Positions 57,434-64,000 of a stretch of DNA of 64,000 nt are shown here, in pieces; within the stretch, counting starts at the first letter, position 1, and each line of letters starts with the position of its first letter. Below the pieces are notes generated by a model. The model was given only the letters and a program-made list of their open reading frames with translations. It had not been told where the DNA came from and ran no database searches. Both the position numbers and the translations under genes were made by a program. Location: positions 128,001 through 192,000 of the forward strand of contig JAVJQW010000057.1 of NCBI GenBank assembly GCA_040218735.1, read 5' to 3'. The DNA comes from Deltaproteobacteria bacterium. GTDB taxonomy: Bacteria > Myxococcota > Kuafuiibacteriia > Kuafuiibacteriales > Kuafuiibacteriaceae.

Positions 57434-59743
57434 ATGAAGGCCCTGGCCGCATTCCTTGCCCTCGTGACGTCGTCGCTCCCGGCCGGCGCCTTCGCCGAGA
57501 AGAACCCGCCGAGCCGCCCGGCCCCCCGCCAGCTGGAGGAGATCACGGTGACCCACAACTACACGCTCGGACGGCCGTTCGCCGTGCGCCTCACTCCGGA
57601 CGGCTCGACCGTGCTCTTCCTTCGCAGCGGCCGCGCCGACTCCAAGGCGAGCCTCTACGCCTACGACGTCGCGACGAAGGAGACCTCGCTCCTGCTGTCG
57701 GCCGAGCAGCTGCTCGGAGGCGCCGAGGAGCAGCTCAGCGTCGAAGAGAAGGCGATGCGCGAGCGCAAGCGCATCAAGACGTCCGGCTTCACGGGTTACG
57801 CGATGTCGAGCGACGGCTCGAAGATCGTCGTGAAGCTCTCCGGCAAGGTCTGGATTCACGATCGCAGCGCGGGCCTCTCCGCGCAGGTCGACACCCCCGA
57901 CGGCGTGGTGATCGACGCCCGCCTCTCCCCGGACGCCAAGCGCCTCGCGTTCGTTCGCAACCACGACCTGTACGTGATGAAGCTCGACGCCATCCCGTCG
58001 AAGGCCCCCAAGAAGGGGCCGCGCGTCGTCGGCGGAAAGGTCGTCGCGCTGACCAGCGGCGGGACCGCGGAGAAGTCCTTCGGTACGGCGGAGTTCGTGG
58101 CGCAGGAGGAGATGAGCCGGTACGTCGGCTACTGGTGGTCGCCCGACTCGAAGTCGATCGCATACCAGTCGACGGACGTCTCCGGGCTCGAGCAGTTCAC
58201 GATCGCGGACGCGTCCCGCCCCGAGCACGCGGCGAACGTCTTCCCGTACCCGCGCCCCGGCAAGGCCAACGCGGTGGTGCGGCTCTACCGCATCGGCGTG
58301 GACGGGAAGAACCGCACCGAGATCACGTGGGACCGCGCGAAGTTCCCGTACCTCACGCGCGTGACCTGGTCGAAGAACGCGCCGCTGTCGCTGATCGTTC
58401 AGGCGCGCGACCAGCGTGCGCAAGTCTACTTGCGCGTCTCGAAAGACGATCGCACCGCGCCGATGTTCGAGGAGAAAGACGCGGCGTGGCTGAACATCAC
58501 CAACTCCGTGCCCCGCTGGCTGCCGGACGGGAAGAGCTACCTGTGGGCGACCGAGGAGAGCGGGCGCTGGCAGCTGGAGCGCCACTGGCCGAAGTTCAAC
58601 AAGAAGAAGGGCGGGCTCACCAAGCGCGAAGTCGTGGTCGAGGGGGAGGCCGCGTTGCTCTCGCTGGTCCACGTGGACGCGAAGCGTGATCGGGTCTGGT
58701 TCCTCGCCGCGCCGAAGGCGGTCGATACGCTGCTGTACCGCGCGAAGCTGTCGAAGCGTTCGAAGCCGGTGCGTGTGTCGCCGCCGAGCGGTGAGTTCGC
58801 CGCGACGTTCAGCAGCGACGGGAGTCGCTTCGTTCTGTCGCGGGCGTCGATGCAGGATCTCTTGCGCAGCACCGTCCACGAGGCCGACGAGGGCCCGCTC
58901 GCACCGCTGGAGCCGTACAAGGCGGGCGCGCCGCTCGCCGACGCGGAGCTCCCGTTCGACGCCAAGACACCGAAGCACCTGCCGCGCACCGAGATCGTGG
59001 AGCCGAGCGAGGCCGATGGGTTCTGGGGCGCGATCACACGACCGCGTGGGTTCGATCCGAAGAAGAAGTACCCGGTCGTCGTCTACGTCTACGGCGGTCC
59101 GGGCTTCACGGTGGTGAAGTCGAACGCGGTCGCGTACCTCGTGCAGCAGTGGATGGCCGACCATGGCTTCGTGGTCGTGAGCGTCGACGGCCGAGGGACG
59201 CCGCGGCGCGGCCGTGACCACGAACGTGCGCTGCGCGAGAAGTTCGGGGACGTCCCGCTCGAGGATCAGGTCCGCGGGCTGAAAGCGCTCGGCGCGCGGT
59301 ACCCAGAGCTCGACCTCGAACGCGTCGGCATCTACGGGTGGTCTTTCGGCGGGTACATGTCGGCGCTCGCGGTGATGCGTCGGCCGGACATCTTCAAGGT
59401 CGGCGTCGCCGGCGCGCCCGTGGTGGACTGGCTCTACTACGACACCCACTACACCGAGCGTTACCTCGGGCTCCCCGACGACGCGCCGAAGGCGTACGCG
59501 TCGTCGTCGCTGTTGACGTACGCGAAGGACCTCGAGCGCCCGCTCCTCCTCGTCCACGGCATCGCGGACGACAACGTGTACTTCGCGCACACGCTCCAGC
59601 TCGCCGACCACCTGTTCCGCGCGGGCAAGGACTTCGACCTGCTCCCCCTCGTCGGGCTGACGCACCAGATCGCCGACCCGAGCATCCGCGAGACACTCTA
59701 CGGGCGGATGGCGAACTTCCTGGGCCAGGTGCTGTGGAAGTAG
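57434..59743 (+). CDS. S9B dipeptidyl-peptidase IV family protein
   Basis: Signal peptide; GYWWSPD, YPRPG, VYGGP, GWSFGG, HGIADDNV, His. Confidence 0.95.
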   Translation: MKALAAFLALVTSSLPAGAFAEKNPPSRPAPRQLEEITVTHNYTLGRPFAVRLTPDGSTVLFLRSGRADSKASLYAYDVATKETSLLLSAEQLLGGAEEQLSVEEKAMRERKRIKTSGFTGYAMSSDGSKIVVKLSGKVWIHDRSAGLSAQVDTPDGVVIDARLSPDAKRLAFVRNHDLYVMKLDAIPSKAPKKGPRVVGGKVVALTSGGTAEKSFGTAEFVAQEEMSRYVGYWWSPDSKSIAYQSTDVSGLEQFTIADASRPEHAANVFPYPRPGKANAVVRLYRIGVDGKNRTEITWDRAKFPYLTRVTWSKNAPLSLIVQARDQRAQVYLRVSKDDRTAPMFEEKDAAWLNITNSVPRWLPDGKSYLWATEESGRWQLERHWPKFNKKKGGLTKREVVVEGEAALLSLVHVDAKRDRVWFLAAPKAVDTLLYRAKLSKRSKPVRVSPPSGEFAATFSSDGSRFVLSRASMQDLLRSTVHEADEGPLAPLEPYKAGAPLADAELPFDAKTPKHLPRTEIVEPSEADGFWGAITRPRGFDPKKKYPVVVYVYGGPGFTVVKSNAVAYLVQQWMADHGFVVVSVDGRGTPRRGRDHERALREKFGDVPLEDQVRGLKALGARYPELDLERVGIYGWSFGGYMSALAVMRRPDIFKVGVAGAPVVDWLYYDTHYTERYLGLPDDAPKAYASSSLLTYAKDLERPLLLVHGIADDNVYFAHTLQLADHLFRAGKDFDLLPLVGLTHQIADPSIRETLYGRMANFLGQVLWK

Positions 59744-60768
59744 CCGAGGCCGCGAAGCGCGCCCTGGGCGCGTGGTCGATCGCGGACGCGGAGCTCGTGC
59801 CGATCGAGGTCGGGCTCATCAACGTCACGTTCGAGGTGCGGAGCGGGCGCGGTCGGTTCATCCTGCAGCGCCTGAACCCGATCTTCTCGCCGCGGGTGCA
59901 CGAGGACATCGAGGCGGTGACCGAGCACCTCGCCCGGCGGGGCATCGAGACGCCGCGGCTCGTGCGTACCGATGCGGACGCGCGTTACCACGACAGCGAA
60001 GGTGTTTGGCGCCTGATGACCTTCATCGAAGGAGAGACCCACGCGCGGCTAACGTCGGACGCGCTCGCGCGGGAGGCCGGTGCGTTGCTCGGTCGTTTCC
60101 ATCGCGCGACGGCGGATCTCGAGCACACGTTCGTCGCGGGGCGGCTCGGCGTGCACGACACCCCGAAGCACATGCGCGCGCTCGAGGACGCGGTTCGCGA
60201 GCACGCGGGACATCGTCTTCACGCGGAGGTCGCGCCGTTCGCGACCGAGATCGCGGAGCGCTACGGCGCGCTCGGGGCACTGCCGCCGGTCGAAGATCGC
60301 GTCGTGCACGGTGACCCGAAGGTCTCGAACGTGCTGTTCACACCCGAGGGCGCGGCGCGGTGCCTGGTGGACCTCGACACCCTCGCGCGGATGCCCATCT
60401 ACCTGGAGCTGGGGGACGCGCTGCGGTCGTGGTGCAACCCGGCGGGTGAGGACGGCGGCGAGGCGACGTTCTCGCTGCCGCTCTTCGCGGCGGCGATCGA
60501 AGGGTACGCGTCGAGCACGCGCGGGTGGCTCACGTCGGAAGAGTCCGGCGCGCTGGTGCGGGCGACGGCGACGATCATCCTGGAGCTCGCGGCGCGGTTC
60601 GCGGCGGACGCGCTGCGGGAGTCGTACTTCGGCTGGAACGAGAAGCGGTTCGCGACGCGCGGCGATCACAACCTCCTGCGGGCGCAGCGCCAACTGCAGG
60701 AGGCGAAGTCACTCGCGGACGTGATGGAGGACGCGGAGGCCGTCGTCGCGCGCGCCTACGCGCCTTGA
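59734..60768 (+). CDS. APH/choline-kinase-family phosphotransferase (NahK-like)
   Basis: [33 protein letters not shown]. Confidence 0.85.
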   Translation: MEVAEAAKRALGAWSIADAELVPIEVGLINVTFEVRSGRGRFILQRLNPIFSPRVHEDIEAVTEHLARRGIETPRLVRTDADARYHDSEGVWRLMTFIEGETHARLTSDALAREAGALLGRFHRATADLEHTFVAGRLGVHDTPKHMRALEDAVREHAGHRLHAEVAPFATEIAERYGALGALPPVEDRVVHGDPKVSNVLFTPEGAARCLVDLDTLARMPIYLELGDALRSWCNPAGEDGGEATFSLPLFAAAIEGYASSTRGWLTSEESGALVRATATIILELAARFAADALRESYFGWNEKRFATRGDHNLLRAQRQLQEAKSLADVMEDAEAVVARAYAP

Positions 60769-60799
60769 AGGGCCACGCCGTCCGTGTCATGACGACGGC

Positions 60800-61144
60800 A
60801 TGAGCGAAAAGACGATCTTCGCGAAGATCATCGATCGCGAGATCCCGGCCACGATCGTGTACGAGGACGACCGCGCCCTCGCCTTCCGGGACATCCACCC
60901 GGGCGCGCCGACGCACATCCTCGTGATCCCGAAGAAGCCGATCGACATGATCGAACACCTCGAGGAAGCCGACGAAGCGCTCGTCGGTCACCTCGTGTTC
61001 GTGGCCAAGAAGATCGCGGAGGACGAAGGCCTCACCGACGGCTACCGGCTCGTGTTCAACAACGGCGCCGACGCCGGGCAGAGTGTCTTCCACATCCACC
61101 TGCACCTCCTCGGAGGCCGACAGCTCGCCTGGCCTCCGGGCTGA
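60800..61144 (+). CDS. hinT: Histidine triad nucleotide-binding protein
   Basis: [31 protein letters not shown]. Confidence 0.95.
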   Translation: MSEKTIFAKIIDREIPATIVYEDDRALAFRDIHPGAPTHILVIPKKPIDMIEHLEEADEALVGHLVFVAKKIAEDEGLTDGYRLVFNNGADAGQSVFHIHLHLLGGRQLAWPPG

Positions 61145-61154
61145 GCCGCTCTTC

Positions 61155-62195
61155 GTGGTTCGAACGGTACGTCGTTTGTTGGTCGGCGCGATCGCGTTCC
61201 TGCTGATCCTCGTGCTCGCGATCCTGTGGATGGCGGGCGGGGTCCAGTCGCCGGCGACGACGAACCAGCGCGTTGTCGTCCTCGACGACGCGGCCACCAG
61301 CACTTCGACCGACACCCTCGACGTCGTGGTGTGGAACATCGCGTGGGGGTACGGCTGGGGAAGCGAAGGCACCGGGCACCGAAAACCTCGGCGTCACTTC
61401 GAGCGCTCCATCCAACGCATGGGCGAAGTGCTGCGCGACGCGGGCGCGGACCTCGTGTTGCTGCAGGAGGTCGACTTCGACACGTCGCGCAGCTACGGCG
61501 TGGACCAGGCGAAACGCATCGCCAAGATCGCCGGGCTGAAGTACGTCGCGTACGCGGAGAGCTGGACGGCGAACTGGGTGCCGTTCCCGTACTGGCCCGT
61601 GGAGGATCACTTCGGCCGGATGCACTCGGGCGGAGCGATCCTGTCGCGCTTCCCGATCGAACGGAACGAAGTCGAGCTCCTCCCCAAGCCGGCAGAGAAC
61701 GCCTTCCACTACAACCTGTTCTACCTGTTCCGGTATCTGCAGGCGGCGGACGTCGCGGTCGGCGACCGCGCGGTGCGCGTCTACAACACCCACCTGGAGG
61801 CGTTCTCGCGACCGAACCGCGAGCAGCAGGCGGCGACGATCGCGACGAAGGTCGCGATGTACGAAGGGTCGACGATCTTCGGCGGTGACTTGAACTCGGT
61901 GCCGCCGGAGTCCGACGTGCGCGGCCACTACCCGGACGAGCCGCACACCGACCACGACGGCGATCCCACGGTCGCGACGATGCGCGCGATCGACGGGCTG
62001 GCCGACACCATCCCCGCCACGAAGTTCTCGGCCGACCCGGCGGCGTACTTCACGTTCCCGGCGCACGAGCCCAACCGAATGCTCGATCACCTGTTCGTTT
62101 CGAAGGACTGGACGGTCGAGGCGAGCGGGGTCCTGAGGGCGGCCGGCGACGTGAGCGACCACCTCCCGATCTACGCGAAGCTACGGCGCCGCTGA
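61155..62195 (+). CDS. Endonuclease/exonuclease/phosphatase family protein, N-terminally anchored
   Basis: WNI, LQEVD, NTHL, GGDLN, LDH, SDHLP. Confidence 0.9.
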   Translation: MVRTVRRLLVGAIAFLLILVLAILWMAGGVQSPATTNQRVVVLDDAATSTSTDTLDVVVWNIAWGYGWGSEGTGHRKPRRHFERSIQRMGEVLRDAGADLVLLQEVDFDTSRSYGVDQAKRIAKIAGLKYVAYAESWTANWVPFPYWPVEDHFGRMHSGGAILSRFPIERNEVELLPKPAENAFHYNLFYLFRYLQAADVAVGDRAVRVYNTHLEAFSRPNREQQAATIATKVAMYEGSTIFGGDLNSVPPESDVRGHYPDEPHTDHDGDPTVATMRAIDGLADTIPATKFSADPAAYFTFPAHEPNRMLDHLFVSKDWTVEASGVLRAAGDVSDHLPIYAKLRRR

Positions 62196-62765
62196 GGGCT
62201 CGGGCGGCCAGATTGCGTCGAGGTCGAGGTCGGCCTCGGCGAACGGGTCGAGGTGCACGACCTCGCGCCCGTCGGCGCTCGCCTTGCGGATCCAGCCCTC
62301 TTGGCCCCAGCGGAAGATTTCGATCGTCTCGGCGTGCGGGTCGACGATCCACGCCCACTCGACCTCGGCGCGGTAGTACACGTCGAGCTTGAGGACGCGG
62401 TCCTTGCGCGCCGTGGACGGAGAGAGGACCTCGCACACCCAGTCAGGGCGCTCTTGGTAGTAGGCGACGTCGTAGTCGAACGTCGGGGTGGAGGCGCGCC
62501 GCCAGCCGGCGAGATCGGGGACGAGGACGTCGCGGCCGAAGTGGATCTCGGGCTCCGCGAGGATCCACCAACCTCCGGGACCTCCCAGACCACGATCGAA
62601 GAGGCGGCCCAGCTCGACCGAGAGCGTGGTGGCCACGCGTGTATGCCGCTTCGCCGGCTGGGGCTGCAGGAACAGCTCCCCGCCGATCAGCTCCGCGACC
62701 ATGTTCTCCGGCGCCGCGAGGACGTCCTCGTACGTCGCGGACTTGTCGCGAGCCGAGCGAACCAT
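62181..62765 (-). CDS. Uma2-family PD-(D/E)xK endonuclease-like protein
   Basis: AELIGGEL, EPEIH, VPDLAGW, PDWVCEVLSPST, WIVDP. Confidence 0.92.
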   Translation of the reverse strand: MVRSARDKSATYEDVLAAPENMVAELIGGELFLQPQPAKRHTRVATTLSVELGRLFDRGLGGPGGWWILAEPEIHFGRDVLVPDLAGWRRASTPTFDYDVAYYQERPDWVCEVLSPSTARKDRVLKLDVYYRAEVEWAWIVDPHAETIEIFRWGQEGWIRKASADGREVVHLDPFAEADLDLDAIWPPEPSAAP

Positions 62766-62800
62766 GCTCGACGAGTATAGGGGGCCTTCGCGCCCCGCGG

Positions 62801-64000
62801 CTACTGAATCGTCAGCGACCACCCCTCGAGCGTCCCGACGTCCGCGCGCGCGGTGTCGACGATCTCGAGGCGCCAGGTCCCGTTCGCAACCTCGCCGTTG
62901 AAGGCGTTCACGACGAGGTCCTGCACGATGACGTCGTCGGCGCTGCCGCCGGCGCGGTCGTGCACCGCGTGGCGCGTGCCCTCGGGCGACACGAGCGTGA
63001 CCACGAGGTCGCCGCGGTAGGTGTGCGTGATCGCGACCGACACCGAGACCGACGACACCGTGCCGCTGCGCTGCAGCGGGATGACGCTGGAGGCGCCGCG
63101 GGTGTCGTTGTCCGGGATCGCGAGGGGGGTGTCGGCCGAAGCGACGGTGGCCGCCTGCGGGTTGCCGGCGTTTGCGATGCACTGCTGCAGCTCGGGCGTC
63201 TGCGTGAAGCCGCAGTGTCCGCCGCGCTGCGGCTCGCAAAGCGCCTGCGCGTAACACGCGTACTCGGGGCGCTGGTCGCAGATGGTCGCGACGCCCGCGC
63301 TGTTCGAGCAGACCTGCCCGGCGCAGCCGCGACGCTGGCAGTCCGCCGCGCGGTACGAATCGACGGTGATGTAACGCGCGCCGTACTGGTCGACGTTGAA
63401 GCGGCCCTCGAAGAGGAACGGGCCGTTGTTCTGCGGCTGAAACGCGCGGCAGGTCGACTGCCACGAGCACTCGTCGCCGGAGCAACCGTAGCCCTGCCCG
63501 CTCGCGTCGCGGATCTCGATGTTCTGGCCGAGCACCAGGCTCGCGCTACACGTGTTGCAGCACGGGTTCGACGCCGGACAGCCGCGGCGCGTGCAGCGGG
63601 CGGTGCCGCTGGGCTCGCCGGTCACGCGGATCATCTGGCCGTTGAAGCTGTTTGCGTTCGCGCCGAGCTCGGCGAGGGTGACGTCCTGGTAGGTGGTCAC
63701 GCCGCCCGCTGCTTCGCAGATCGCGAGGCACGGTGCGCGGATGCACTGCACCTGCGTGCACACGCGGCCGGCGCCGCAGTCCGCGTCGACGCTGCAGCCC
63801 GCGGTGACTTCGTAGCCGTCGATCGCGAAGCCCCAGCGCGTGACGGAGTAGTCGGTCGCGAGCTGGATGCGCGCGGTGTCGCCGGGGATGTCGGGCGTGG
63901 TCACGTTGGTGTCGACGCCGGTGTACGTGGCGATGACGCGATCGTTGGCGTCGAGCACGCGGACGAAGTCGTAGCCGCGCTCGACGTCGATCGTCGCGAA
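62801..64000 (-). CDS. Secreted multidomain protein (CUB, Cys-rich, eight-Cys cluster, proprotein convertase P-domain); 5' end outside window
   Basis: ERGYDFV..TDYSVTRWGF (CUB); CIRAPC; GCAGQVC..CGFTQTPELQQC; IPDN..HTYRGDL..GTWRL (P-domain). Confidence 0.85.
   Translation of the reverse strand, partial: FATIDVERGYDFVRVLDANDRVIATYTGVDTNVTTPDIPGDTARIQLATDYSVTRWGFAIDGYEVTAGCSVDADCGAGRVCTQVQCIRAPCLAICEAAGGVTTYQDVTLAELGANANSFNGQMIRVTGEPSGTARCTRRGCPASNPCCNTCSASLVLGQNIEIRDASGQGYGCSGDECSWQSTCRAFQPQNNGPFLFEGRFNVDQYGARYITVDSYRAADCQRRGCAGQVCSNSAGVATICDQRPEYACYAQALCEPQRGGHCGFTQTPELQQCIANAGNPQAATVASADTPLAIPDNDTRGASSVIPLQRSGTVSSVSVSVAITHTYRGDLVVTLVSPEGTRHAVHDRAGGSADDVIVQDLVVNAFNGEVANGTWRLEIVDTARADVGTLEGWSLTIQ

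Noticed and set aside
59734-60768. Aminoglycoside resistance gene
   Set aside because: APH fold only; its motifs (HGDPK, DLDT) resemble housekeeping sugar-kinase-like members and there is no mobile context
62181-62765. Uma2 nuclease as part of a defence system
   Set aside because: It is a solitary gene from a family commonly expanded in myxobacteria, with no methylase or other defence partner nearby
1-64000. CRISPR array, tRNA/rRNA, IS or integrase
   Set aside because: No spaced direct repeats, cloverleaf or rRNA-like stretches, or transposase motifs were seen; intergenic gaps are almost all under 150 bp

Overview
A gene-dense window from a very GC-rich bacterium. The gene content (Ser/Thr kinases, FHA-sigma54 activator, PEGA/TPR proteins, Cys-rich lipoproteins, Uma2) suggests Myxococcota; this is inference. 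About 51 CDS are supported, and I found no rRNA, tRNA, CRISPR array or transposase. Main observations: (1) A self-contained signalling island at 825-8296. An envelope protein pair, a membrane Ser/Thr kinase and an FHA-bEBP sit beside a near-consensus sigma54 promoter and a perfect 13-bp palindrome at enhancer distance, upstream of two small unknown proteins and a lipoprotein. (2) An alpha-2-macroglobulin split into two separately anchored genes at the bait region. It lacks the CxEQ thioester, carries two Cys-paired TonB-C/AgmX-like inserts, and lies downstream of an ECF sigma/ChrR-cupin pair that has an ECF11-type promoter. (3) A chondroitin/hyaluronan-synthase-like GT2 whose second domain is degenerate. 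(4) A kinase-pseudokinase tandem next to a giant internally duplicated TPR lipoprotein. (5) A eukaryote-type hexokinase. (6) Recurrent TAnnnT boxes 5-9 nt before start codons, suggesting widespread leaderless transcripts. All family calls come from motif recognition only; no database searches were run.
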